Assembly: GCA_051294375.1 (NCBI GenBank)
Contig: CM119268.1
Span: 17,362,502-17,426,501 of the forward strand
Direction of reading: 5' to 3'
Origin: Paraspadella gotoi
Lineage: Eukaryota > Animalia > Chaetognatha
Length of the DNA: 64,000 nt
Below the pieces are notes generated by a model. It did not search any database. It saw nothing but the letters and a program-made list of their open reading frames with translations, and was not told where the DNA came from. Position numbers and translations under genes: made by a program. This document shows positions 28,111 to 41,532 of the stretch, piece by piece. Within the stretch, counting starts at the first letter, position 1, and each line of letters starts with the position of its first letter.

Positions 28111-30991
28111 ATATAATTTGGTCTGAATTTTTTCAAAATGTTAAAAGCGCTCATGAAGACTCGAAACATGTCCGTTAAACAAATTTATCGTTTTTTGTTA
28201 AAATAGAAAACTCTCTCCTTTGTACACGAACATACATATTAATAGTATTATTAATAATTGTCTTAGGCAATCTTCAGTGCAACGGGTTTTTAGACTGCGG
28301 CGACGGCGCCGACGAGAAAGACTGTAGCAGATGCAACAACGGAGCATTTCACTGCAGCAACAACAACTGTCGAGAGGAAGTTGTGCTGTGCGACGGAAAG
28401 GTGGGTCGATGGCTATTGGCTCGCCGTTACTGCCGCTATAATATCTATTAGTCATTTAAAATAAAAACCAAACAAAATATTTTATTAAGAGCAATAATTA
28501 TGACAAAAATTTTGAACACGGGTCCTTCCCAATCTCTGTCTGACTGATCGCCGTAACATCTGTGTCACCTCCAACTCGACCGCCATCACCTCGACCGGCA
28601 CCTCTACCACCCCCACCTCGACCACCGCCACCGCCGCCACCCTTTTCCATTTCGACCTCCTCTCTTCCACCCGTCATAACGAAGACAACGACGCCGACGA
28701 CGACGATGGCGACGAAGTGAGCGACTCCCGCTCGAGCGACGTCGCCGCCGCATTTTCCGCCGAGTTCGACGCAGCCATCGCACTCGGCGCAGCACGTTCC
28801 TTCCGAGCTCCCTTCTGCGTATAAATCGATCAATCAATAAACCGAAACAATGAATCAATCAATGAAACGATGTACTAATAAGTCAATAAATCAATCAAAC
28901 GAAAAAAAATAAATAAAAAAATTAAAAATTAATTAATTAATTAATTAAATAAATAAATAAAATATAAAAAATAATTAAAAAAATTAAAAAAGAAAATATT
29001 TTAAAAAAATTTAAAAAATTTAAAAAATTAAAAATAGAAAAATAAAAAATAATAAAAAAATAAAAAATAAAAAAAATAATAAAAAAATAAAAAAATAAAA
29101 CAATAAAAAAATATAACAAAAAAAATAAAAAAAAAGAAAAAAAGAAAAAAAGAAAAAAGAAAAAAAGAAAAAAAAAAGAAAAAAAAGAAAAATAAAAAAA
29201 AAGAAAAAAAAAGAAAATAAAAAATTTAAAAATAAAAAAATTTAATAAAATAAAAAAATAATGAATTAACTAATTAATTAATTGATTGATCTATCTGCGA
29301 ATCAATCAATCAATCTATCGTAGGTCTCTCACTTTCCAAAAAGCAGCAACCGTCGTCGAAAGTCACGTTTCCTCTCTTTGGTTTCTCCGTTTGACAGAAA
29401 TAATTGGATCTGCAGTTGAATTCGCTCTCGATGAAACTCATTTCCATGAGAATAAAACACAAAATGACTAAACAAAAAAGCAAAAAGATGACGAGGGTCA
29501 ACTTCATTCCCAACGTGGGAACCAAGTTGTTGAAAAAGGCCGGCATTCTTTTTGTTATTATGTAAATGACCGATTTTAAAGGGAAAAAGTAAAAAGGGAA
29601 AAATTCGTAACGACGTTTTTTTTTTTTCAATAGTCAATTCTAGCTTCGAGTTGTATTAAATCAATTATTTTTGAGACGGTTATTATGATCTATATAATAA
29701 AGTTTATCAGAGCCTGAGATAAAATCCTGTTTTACCAAAACCTCTTTTGCCTCATAGGGACATTTTAATTCCCTTCTCCACTGTCTAAAATTGATACCCC
29801 AAAGGCCGGACGTTTTTAATAATTAATCATCATCAATCATCATCATCTTCATCATTATCATCTCCTCCATCAGGACGACTGCGGTGACGGGAGCGACGAA
29901 TCTCCCTGCCGCGACTCCTGCCGCAGCGACCTCCTGCGTCCGTTCAAATGCTCTAACTCGACCAAATGCGTCGCGGAATCCAAGAAATGCGACGGAGTTC
30001 GAGATTGCAAAGACGGATCAGACGAAAACGGGTCAGTGGGTGGGGGTGTGGACTTTGTGGAGGGGGTGTGGTTTGGCCGTTTCTTAGTTTGTTTGGTTTT
30101 GGACGGACGGACGGACGGACCGTCAAGGATGAAGACGGACGGACAGAAAGGACGATAGACAGGACAGATAAACGGTTAGACATACATAATGTCAGACAAA
30201 CCGGACCAAAAATAAACAAACGGACAGAAGGAGCGGTGGACAGATTTAACAATGTAGAGCATCTATAATAGGGAAAGGTAAGTCGTTCAACTTGTCCCTC
30301 CCCCCTCCAGTTGCCCTGGAGCTTCCTCCTCCTCTTCCTCCTCCTCCTCCGCCTGCCCAGCGAATGCACCCATCAGGCCGAGAGGCGACGATGTCTGCTG
30401 CGTCGCCCCCGAACAAATGTGCGACGGAAACCACGACTGTCTAGGGGGCGCCGATGAAGACACCTTCGAAGACTGCGAGAAATGTCCCGACGACAGGCGA
30501 GTGTGGTCGGGATGCGGTTTTGTGGGTTTGTGGGCAGGATTTGGAGATAGTGAGCAGGTTTTGCAGAGGGTTGTCCCTGGAGGTCGAGTGTAAAGTAGAA
30601 GAAAATAATTTTGCCAGCGGTAAAATTATTTTATCAGGGGAAGCCGGCAGTTAGGCGGTCTATCCGAGTCTTTTCCGCAGGATTTGTGGCGGCTACTAAC
30701 TGATCAGTCAATCAATCAATCGAGAATTTAGTACAAGTTACAGATGGTACTGTAGTTATCAGCTCAAATAAAATCGTAACGTAATATTCTTTCTCAAGGG
30801 ACCGATGCCGACAGTTCAAATTTTGTCCCGTTTTGGATTTATCGATCAATCAGTCAATCATATCTATCAGGCCCGTCCGTTGCGACGCGACTCTCGCCTC
30901 AGCCAAATGCATCGCAGCTTCTCTCCGCTGCGACGGACGCCGCGACTGCGACGGCGGCGAAGACGAAAACGACTGCGGCGGCGGCGTCGGT

Positions 30992-31022
<31 letters not shown>

Positions 31023-31149
31023 GCGTCGAGGACTGCCCTTCCGAAACGCATCTTCAGTGCAAAGGGTCTTCGATCTGCGAGGATAAGAGCAAAGCCTGCG
31101 ATGGGAGAAAAGACTGTCCTTCGGGTCAGTGGGGGAAGGAAAAAAAAAT

Positions 31150-31224
<75 letters not shown>

Positions 31225-31514
31225 GGAAAGTGAATTAATTTCGTTGACGTATTTCCCGATGATAACGTGACTACACAATTATCAAAACACTTGCAAAACA
31301 AGCTTCGTTGATTGTGAAATTTTGAAAATGTGAAATTTTAACTAAAATTACCATTGTTCTGTTGGTTCTTTACAGTTTTTTCTTTTTCAGGCGATGACGA
31401 ATCCGATTGCGATTTTTGCACCAACGACGCTTTTCTCTGCAAAAACGGAAATTGCGTCTCAAAAGGAAGAATTTGCGACGGAGTTGACGACTGCGGCGAC
31501 GGAAACAGGTTCAC

Positions 31515-31549
<35 letters not shown>

Positions 31550-34500
31550 TCTCTCTCTCTTCTCTCTCTCTTTGTTCTCTATCTCTGTCGAAATATCTTT
31601 TAAAACATTTTTTTTTGCAGATCCGACGAGCAAAACTGTGCCGGCAAACCTTCAGCTCAGGTTTGTGTTTTTTTTAATTTGATCTTTAAATTATCAATTA
31701 TATTATTTGACTTTTTATATTTGAAACATCTGATGTATTTTCTTCATGTTTTTGAAATTTTCAAAAACTTAGTTTTAATCCAATGCCTTAGAATTTCAAA
31801 AAAATTTTATTTGATTTTGTAAAGAAAATAAAATTATTTTCTGAAGAAAATAGTTTTATTCTGATTTTAAAGGTAGTGTCCTAGGCTAGTATAAACAATA
31901 AATTTAAATTCAGGCTCCAGCCAGATTACCGCGGTTATGAAAAATATTAAGGGATTGGTAAAAAAGCAACGTTTTTTTTTATTCACAGATCTGATTTAAC
32001 GTAGTTCCATCCCTTAATATTCGATTAATTTTAAAAAGCCGCTTATAAAAATAAACATTCCTTTCGTCATTATAAATATTTTTTCCCCTGCTCCCAACCC
32101 TCACTTCCGGAAACAAAACAAAACAAAAAAGCATCGAAAAACGAGAGAACAAATCCCGGGGATTCGAAATCGAGGAATAAGAACGAAAGTTCTTCTCTCG
32201 TTCCTTCTCGGAGTTTTCTCCTTGTTCTTCTCATCCTGTGAGATTTTCTTCACATTATTTCCAAAACTTCAGTTTCGAGTCGAAACGTATCTTTTTCTCT
32301 TTTTTTTATCAAATTTTATTATTCGTCTCTTCGTTGTACTTTTGTTTCACAGTGCTCACTCGTTATCTCACAATTTTTTTTTCCGGACACACAGTGAAAT
32401 TCGGATTTAACTCAGCGCGTCTTTTTATTGCGCGATATTTTTCGACAAGTTTGGATTCAAATTTAGCTGGAACGTTAAAACCGAGTTTCGCTGTCGCACG
32501 TTAAATCTATCTCTGCTGCAATAGAGTTTCATTTATCGAATAAAAAAAAAACCCGCGTACATGAAAACATTTATATTTGGCATCGAACGCGCAGACGACA
32601 ATGTCATAAATAACTCTTAAACCCATAGATAATATTTTCTTTTTAATTTTATCCAGGCATGCCCTTCAAAAACGGCCCTCTGAAAGAAGAAGAACCGACT
32701 GCATCTATTCGCGCCTCAAGCTACGCATGACTTACCAGCTCATCTCGACGCTGTAGTATCTTCACGACCGCTAACAAATTTCATAAATGATGTTCTNNNN
32801 NNNNNNATCTCGACGCTGTAGTTTCTTCACGACCGCTAACAAATTTCATAAATGATGTTCTAAAGATTGATTCAAGAATTGAGGATAAGAAAAAGGCTAA
32901 TTTGAAAACCAATTTGAATAGACTTAGATTCGTAAGAAGTCCGTCGGAAGATGAAGCGTCGTCTTCATCGTCCCCAGGAGAGAGATTATTTTATTAAGAG
33001 CATAATTATGACCAAAAATTTTGGAACCGGGTCCTTCCCAATCTCTGTCTGACTGATCGCCCGTAACATCTGTGGCACCTGACATACTCGGACCACATCC
33101 AGCCACACTCCAAGACGCCACCTCTAACCACCCCCACTCTCGACCACCGCCACCGCCGCCACCCTTTTCCTTTTCGACCTCCTCTCTTATCCACCTCATA
33201 ACGAACGACAACGACGCCGACGAGACGATCGCCGACGCAAGTGAGCGACTCCCGCTCGGAGCGAAACGTGCCGCCCGCATTATTCCGCCGAGTTCGACGC
33301 AAAGCCATCGCACCCGGCCAGGCACGTCCCTTCACGAGCTCCCTTCTGACGTATAAATCGATATCATAAGACATACAACAATGAATCAATCAATTGAAAC
33401 GATGTACTAATAATCAATAAATCAATCAAACGAAAAAAAAATCAATAAAAAAAAATTTACAAATTATAATTAGATTATTAAATAAATAAGTTAAATAAAT
33501 AAATAAAAAATAAGTAAAATGAATTTAAAAAAATTAAAAAATAACAATTTTTAAAAAAATAAAAAAAAAAATAAAGTAAAATGAAAAAAAAATAGATAAA
33601 AAATAAAAAAAAAATAATAAAAAATAAAAAATAAAAATAAAAAAAAAAAAAAGAAAGAAAAAAAAAATAAAGAAAAAAAAATAAAAAAATAAAAAAATAA
33701 TGTAAAAAATTTAAAAAAAATAAAAAAAAAAAAAAAAAAGATTAACGTACATTAATTAATGAATTGATCTATCCTGCGAATACATCAATCAGATCTATCG
33801 TAGGCTGGCTCACTTTCCAAAAAGCAGCAACCGTCGTCGAAAGTCACGTTTCGCCTCTTTGTTTTCCGTTTGACAGAAATATTGGAATCTGCAGTTGAAT
33901 TCGCTCTCGATGAAACTCATTTCATGAGAATAAAACACAAAATGACTAAACAAAAAAGCAAAAAAGACTGACGAGGGTCAACTTTCTTCCCAACGTGGGA
34001 ACGCGAAGTTGTTGAAAAAGGCCGGCATTCTTTTTGGGTTATTAATGTAAATGACCGATTTTAAAGGGAAAAAGTAAAAAGGGGAAAAAATTCGTAACGA
34101 CGTTTTTTTTTTCAATATGTCAATTCTAGCTTCGAGTTGGTATTAAATCAATTATTTTGAGAACGTTATATGATCTATATATAAAGTTTATCAGAGCGCT
34201 GTAGATAAAATCCTGTTTACCAAAACTCTTTTGCCTCATAGGGACATTTTAATTCCCTTCTCCACTGTCTAAATTGATACCCCAAGGCGACGTTTTTAAT
34301 AGATTAATCATCACAATCATGCATCATGCTCATCATATAATCTGCTCTCCATCAGGACGACTGCGGTGACGGGAGCGACGAATCTCGCACTGCGCGACTC
34401 CTGCCGCAGCGGACGCTCCTGGCGTCCGTTCAAATGCCTAACTCGACTCAAACTGCGTCGCGGGAATCCAAGAAAATGCGACGGAGTTCGAGATTGCAAA

Positions 34501-35624
34501 GCGGATCAGACGAAACGGGGTGCAGTGGTGGGGGTGTGGACTTTGTGGAGGGGGTGTGGTTTGGCCGTTTCTTAGTTTGTTTGGTTTTGGACGGACGGAC
34601 GGACGGACCGTCAAGGATGAAGACGGACGGACAGAAAGGACGATAGACAGGACAGATAACGGTTAGACATACATAATGTCAGACCAAACCGGACAAAAAA
34701 ATAAACAACGGACAGAAGGAGCGGTGGACAGATTTAACAATGTAGAGCATCTATAATAGGGAAAGGTAAGTCGTTCAACTTGTCCTCCCCCTCCAGTTGC
34801 CCTGGAGCTTCCTCTCCTCTTCCTCCTCCTCCTCCGCCTGCCCAGCGAATGCACCATCAGGCCGAGAGGCGACGATGTCTGCTGCGTGCGCCCCGAACAA
34901 ATGTGCGACGGAAACCACGACTGTCTAGGGGGCGCCGATGAAGACACCTTCGAAGACTGCGAGAATCCGACGACAGGCGAGTGTGGTCGGGATGCGGTTT
35001 TGTGGGTTTGTGGGCAAGGATTTGGAGTAGTGGACAGGTTTTGCAAGGGTTGTCCTGGAGGTCGAGTGTAAAGTAAGAAGAAAATAATTTTGCCAGCGGT
35101 AAAATTATTTTATCAAGGGGAAGCCGGCAGTTAGGCGGTCTATCCGAGTCTTTTCCGCAGGATTTGTGGCGGTTACTAACTGATCGGTCAATCAATCAAT
35201 CGAGAATTTAGTACAAGTTACAGATGGTAACTGTAGTTATCAGCTCAAATAAAATGCACGTAATATTCTTTCTCAAGGGACCGATGCGACAGTTCAAATT
35301 TTGTCCCGTTTTGGATTTATCGATCAATCAGTCAATCATATCTATCAGGCCCGTCCGTTGCGACGCGACTCTCGCCTCAGCCAAATGCATCGCAGCTTCT
35401 CTCCGCTGCGACGGACGCCGCGACTGCGACGGCGGCGAAGACGAAAACGACTGCGGCGGCGGCGTCGGTGGCGGCGGCGGGCGGCGGCGGCGCAGCAGCG
35501 TCGAGGACTGCCCTTTTCCGAAACGCATCTTCATGGCAAGGGTCTTCGATTGCGAGGATAAGAGCAAAGCCTGCGATGGGAGAAAAGACTGTCCTTCGGG
35601 TCAGTGGGGAAGGAAAAAAAAAAG

Positions 35625-35668
<44 letters not shown>

Positions 35669-35679
35669 TATAATAAATA

Positions 35680-35710
<31 letters not shown>

Positions 35711-36026
35711 TATATTAATATAATACCGGAAAAGTGAATTAATTTCGTTGACGTATTTCCCGATGATCAACGTGACTACACAATTATCAAAAACACTTGA
35801 AAACAAGCTTCGTTGATTTGGAAATTTTTGAAAATGTGAAATTTTTAACTAAAAATTACCAATTGTTCTGTTGGTTCTTTACAGTTTTTTCTTTTTCAGG
35901 CGAGACGAATCCGATTGCGATTTTTGCACCAACGACGCTTTCTCTGCAAAAACGGAAATTGCGTCTCAAAAGGAAGAATTTGCGAGACGGAGTTGACGAC
36001 TGCGGCGACGGAAACAGGTTCACGTC

Positions 36027-36074
<48 letters not shown>

Positions 36075-37515
36075 CTCTCTTTTTCTCATCTCTGTCGAAA
36101 TATCTTTTTAAAAACATTTTTTTTTGCAGATCCGACGAGCAAAACTGTGCCGGCAAAACCTTCAGCTCAGGTTTGTGTTTTTTTTAATTTGATCTTTAAA
36201 TTATCAATTATATATTATATTGATTTATTTATATTTGAAACATCTGATGTATTTTCTTCATGTTTTTGAAATTTTCAAAAAACTTAGTTTTAATCCAATG
36301 CCTTAGTAATTTCAAAAGATTTTATTTTGATTTTGTAAAGAAAATAAAATTATTTTCGAAGAAAATAGTTTTATTCTGATTTTAAAGTAGTGTCCTAGGC
36401 TATATAAAACAATAAATTTAAATTCAGGCTCCACCAGATTACCGCGTTATGAAAAATATTAAGGGATTGGTAAAAAAAGCAACGTTTTTTTAATTCATAA
36501 GATCTGAATTAACGTAGTTCATCCCTAATTAATTTTATTTTAAAAAGCCGCTTATAAAAAATAAACATTCCTTTCGTCATTATAAATATTTTTTCCCTGC
36601 TCCCAACCCTCACTTCCGGAAAAAAAACAAAACAAAAAAGCATCGAAAAACGAGAGAACAAATCCCGGGATTCGAAATCGAGGAATAAGAACGAAAGTTC
36701 TTCTCTCGTTCCTTCTCGGATTTTCTCCTTGTTTTTCTCATCCTGTGAGATTTTCTTCACCCATTATTTCCAAAACTTCAGTTTCGAGTCGAAACGTATC
36801 TTTTTCTCTTTTTTTTATCAATTTTATTATTCGTCTCTTCGTTGTCTTTTGTTTCACAGTGCTCCATTCGTTATCTCACAATTTTTTCCGGACACACAGT
36901 GAAATTCGATTTAACTCAGCGCGTCTTTTATTGGCGATATTTTTCGACAAGTTTGGATTCAAATTTAGCTGGAACGTTAAAAACCGAGTTTCGCTGTCGG
37001 CACGTTAAATCTATCTCTGCTGCTATCGAGTTTCATTTATCGAAGTAAAAAAAAAACCGCGTACATGAAAACATTTATATTTGGCATCGAACGCGCGAGA
37101 CAATGTCATAAATAACTCTTAAACCCATAGATAATATTTTCTTTTTAATTTTATCCAGGAATGCCCTTCAATAAACGGCAAACCTCTGAAAGAAGAAGAA
37201 CCGACTGCATCTATTCGCGCCTCAGCTACGCATGACTTACCAGCTCATCTCGACGCTGTAGTTTCTTCACGACCGCTAACAAATTTCATAAATGATGTTC
37301 TAAAGATTGATTCAAGAATTGAGGATAAGAAAAAGGCTAATTTGAAACCAATTTGAATAGACTTAGATTCGTAGGAGTCCGTCGGAAGATGAAGCGTCGT
37401 CTTCATCGTCCCCAGCACAGCCGACACTCCGCAGCCTTCTTCTACATCAAGATCCGATACTTCGCCTGTAACTACGACATTNNNNNNNNNNNNNNNNNNN
37501 NNNNNNCAACATCAA

Positions 37516-37546
<31 letters not shown>

Positions 37547-39330
37547 GTCGTCAACCACCCGTCACGTGACCAGGGACGAAAGGAGGGAAGAATTGAGAGA
37601 TAATCGCAGACCGCACGGGTTCAGGGACGAAAGGAGAGAAAGACCCTACGATTCGTATCCTAGAGACGGAAGGAGGGAAGAGAGAAGAGATTATCCCAGA
37701 GATGATAGGAGAGAGAATTTTAGAGATGGGAGGAGGGAAGATTATAGAGATGGTAGGAGACAGGAGTCAAGAGATTATCCGTCATACGACCGGCCCGGAA
37801 GACCTGGCAGACCAGAATACGCGAGGCCGTACTACGAACGGTACGACGATCGATATTACAGCTACGATTATCCGCGAACTGGAGAGTACGGTCGGCCAGA
37901 GTACGGACGCCGAGATTACGAGAGAGACAGATTTCGAGAGTACGACTACAGAGAAAGAGATCGCGGTGATAGAACGCGCGATGATAGAACGCGCGATGAT
38001 AGGTTACGTGATTATAAATCTCGTGATTCTAAGGATGTCCCTTCAACTACTCTCAAGATTCAGGTCACTTCCGTAAAACCCAGCGTGACCACAACAGTAA
38101 GCAATGCTACCAGCCCAACGAAATCCAGCCAACCGGTCAAGTCGACGCCGTCTATGGACGTGGGCGTCGCCGCTAACGCCACTAGCGGTAACGCGGATGG
38201 CGAGAGCGAAAGCGTTGGGTCCAACGTGACGACAGTAACTCCGCCGAGCGACGCGACGACGATTAACGCAACGAAAGCGTCCATCGTTGAGGACAATGAC
38301 AACAACAACAACAAAACGAAAGAGACGGTCGCCGGTTCGAAGGTCCTTAGTAGCGTCAAGAATAACAACAACAACGATGGCAGCGGCGAAACTTCTGCGG
38401 CGCCGAAAAATGAATCGAGGTCGCGAGAGAAGGAAGAGGAAGAGGAGGAGGAGAATGGGGCGGAAGGCGGGGGGAAGGAAAAGAAGGAGAGAGACGTGGA
38501 CAAGAATAAGGTGAGGTTAAATAGAGAAAACAGGTTAACATGAAAAAAGTTGAGTGAGAAGAGAGAGAGAGTAGGAGAAGAGGAGAAGAGAGAGAGGAGA
38601 AGAGAGAAGAGAGAGAGAGAGAGAGGAGAAGAGAGAAGAGAGAGAGAGAGAGAGACAGAGAGAAAGAAAAGAAAACAGTGAGAATTAGAGAAAGAGAGAA
38701 CCCAATCACCTGGAACCCACCCCTCCCAAACCTCCTCCCCCACCCCACCTCAGTCCACCACCATCTTCTCCAAGCCCCTCTACGTCGTCTCCATCCTCGT
38801 CGCTCTCCTCGTCGTCTCCGCCTCTTCTTATCTCCTCGGCTTCTTCATCGGCGCCTTCTCCTCCTGACGGTTTCCTCGCCATCTCCCCCGAGAGGGCGGG
38901 ATGGCGGCGGGGGCTCTAGGAGGTTGGATCGACGAGCGGGTGGAGGGGAGGAGGAGGAGAAGGAGGAGGAGGAGGAGGAAGAGGAGGAGGATATTACGGA
39001 GCGAGCTATGGAACGGCGACGGTCAATAGATATCAAAGTAATGCCGTTAGGGATAATTTTTACATTGTTTATTGATTTACATGCGTGTAAATATTTAAAA
39101 AAATGCTTACTCTAAAACAACGATTGAATAATAAATTGATTTTATTTCATTTTAATTTAATTTATATTTTTTTAACATAATTTTTTTTTCTTCAGAAACC
39201 GGCGAAGGAAGAAAGAAAAGTGTCGCCATCAAAGGCGTCGGTCATCCTCGTTCTTTTCTTCCTCTGTACTTTGTCTTCTCTCATCTTGGGTCTAATTCAT
39301 GGTTTTATTGTCGCGCTTAATTTCAAATGA
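25833..39330 (+). CDS. Signal peptide + 9 LDL-receptor class A repeats + Arg/Asp/Tyr-rich and mucin-like stalk + C-terminal transmembrane helix
   Basis: Phase-consistent exons 25833-25878 ([15 protein letters not shown]), 26104-26210, 27176-27266, 27631-27780, 28267-28400, 29874-30031, 30311-30496, 30871-31124, 31391-31508, 31621-31660 encode CDGxxDCxDGxDExxC repeats. Link to the large exon ending 38510 and last exons 38754-38867 / 39196-39330 crosses a duplication and gaps and is inferred. Confidence 0.8.
28498..29507 (-). CDS. Nested antisense two-exon gene: signal peptide, Cys-rich ectodomain, TM helix, Gly/Arg-rich tail (~163 aa)
   Basis: Exon 1 29507-29333 ([39 protein letters not shown]…DDGCCFLE; donor A|GTGAGA) joins in phase to exon 2 28814-28498 (acceptor CGCAG; [21 protein letters not shown]…[16 protein letters not shown]). 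An upstream in-frame ATG lies at 29546. Confidence 0.7.
32985..37415 (+). repeat. Indel-rich tandem copy of ~28477-32976 (LDLa exons and nested gene); probable assembly artefact or pseudogenised duplicate
   Basis: Collinear second copy of all exons and introns with many 1-nt indels that frameshift the exons; lies between N-gaps at 32797 and 37482. Confidence 0.85.
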
Positions 39331-39528
39331 TATTTGTTAATTTTTATACTTTTTATCGTTTACATTTTCCTGTCTTGCCCCACGTCACGGAGCGTCATCT
39401 TGACATTGCCCGCAAACGATATTTATTAACAGCTTTTTAATCACTAAATATTACGGCTGCAATCATTATTTTTCTATACAAATTTTCGGTGTGTTGTTGT
39501 TACTAAGTTATTCATTCTCGCATAATTA

Positions 39529-41434
39529 CACTGTTTTTTTTAACAATGCAGTCGAAAATTTTCCAAATCCTGTACAGTTTCTAGTATAATTTTAAATGCT
39601 TAAAACGATTAACAAGGTGTCCTCAATTCAGATTTGCGTTAGACCTACGCACAATTGACCGGAAGTTGACGTTGGCTACAACATGGAATTTTTCTCTTTT
39701 CTTTAATTGCAAGATAAGAAAATAGTTTTATAAAAATATAATTGCCTAAATTTGAAGTTATTCTCATTATTTAATAAGTTTTACTTAAATTTTTTTATAT
39801 AAAAGGTTCTTACCTATAGTGGGCGTGTCCATAACCGGAAATGACGCTCAAAAACTGATAAAATACGCAATAGAGAGATAAAGAGAGAGAAGCAAAATAC
39901 AAAAGAACTGCCTTGAAAAAATGATTTGTTCATAAGAATCAAAATATTAGCATGAAAGTAATAAAATGAACTAAATATTTGTTACCTTATCAAACAATAA
40001 AATATTTAATAATTTTATATTGCTGTATTATTTATTATAATGAAACTTGATATACTCAAGGTTTGAATAAGAATCGTTTTGGGACTAAAGTTAAATGAAA
40101 CTAAATAGAAAAAAAACTGATTAATAAAGTTTATACAGCTTATTAAAACTGATCTTATATTTGTATCAGATTTTAAACAGTGAACATGTTTAACTTTAAT
40201 TCAAGTCTTCATCCACATTTATGAATGTCAACAGTTTTTTACTTCACAAGAAATATTTGGGAGAGAGAGGAAGAAAGGACAGAGAGTAAGAATTAGGTGA
40301 GAGTAAGGGAAGAGAGAGAGAGAGAAAGAGAGAGAAGAAGAGAGAGAAAAAATGTTCAAAAAAAATTTGTGAAAAGGATAGAGGTCAAGGTGAAGACAGG
40401 TTAGGTTTAGGCCAGAGAAAGAGAGATAGAGATAGGTATTGAAAAAAAAACATTTTCACTGTTTAAAGAAAATTGTTGCTTGAACTACTTCAAACTCTTT
40501 CCAATTCAAAAACGCGACGAAAGAAAGGATTTCACATAATGGATATAATGATAATTTTTTTATTGCTGGATTGAAGATTTTTTTAAGGAAAAGAAAAGAA
40601 AATTATAAATCGGATTAACTTTATGATGCATGGATATTGTTTCTCTTCTCCTTCACTTAGAAAAACTTAAAAACAGGGTATTCCCTCTAAAGATTTACAT
40701 AAAACTTTATGAAAAAAGGGTCTAACTTCCGGCTATAGTTTTTTAAATTATAGAATTAAATTAAAAATTAGCAAAGTCTCATTAATTGAATGAAATTGAA
40801 ATGAAATTTTAAATATTTACAGTTATCGTTATTTCCTTTCGTTTCGTTGTGTTTGGATGATAGAAAACGTTTTTAGATTGATCAAAATTAATCAAAATCG
40901 TTGTTTGATCAATCTAAAAACGTTTTCTATAATATTTACAGTTAAAGTTTAAAAGTCCTTTGGCTATTAAAAAACAAACCTTTTTAAGATGTAATATTTG
41001 ATAAATATGATAAGATTTTTTTATGATATGGATGATAATCCTTTGTTTATAAAGCCGTCATATAACAGTAAAAAACCATTAGCAGTCAGAATAGATCAAA
41101 AACTTTTAATAATACATATTTAATTGATTATCGAGCACTATTTCCGGTTTGGGACACGCCCACTATTGATGAAAACCCTTTTTTGAACATTTTTTGTCTA
41201 AGTCTACTTATTAATAATTATACTAATTGCAGGATAAGTAAAAACAACTGCCTAACTTTTCATTGTAGTTAAATTCCATATTGTAGTCCACGCCAACTTC
41301 CGGTAAATTGTGCGTAGGTCTAATGCAAAAATCTGATTGACGACACCTTGTTAATCGTTTTAAGCACTTAAAATTATACTAGAACTGTACAAGGATTGTG
41401 AAAATTTTCGAATGCATGGTTAAAAAAAACAGTG
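39529..41434. mobile_element. Non-autonomous DNA transposon with ~320-bp TIRs and CACTG termini (CMC/EnSpm-like)
   Basis: TA|CACTGTTTTTTTTAAC ... GTTAAAAAAAACAGTG|TA; inverted similarity extends to ATAGTGGGCGTGTCC/GGACACGCCCACTAT; no internal ORF. Confidence 0.85.
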
Positions 41435-41532
41435 TATCGCATATTGATAAAAAAAACTAACTAAAATAGAGTAAACAACTATTTACAACGAAGGAAATCT
41501 ATAACCTCACATTTTCTGAATTAACAAATAAT

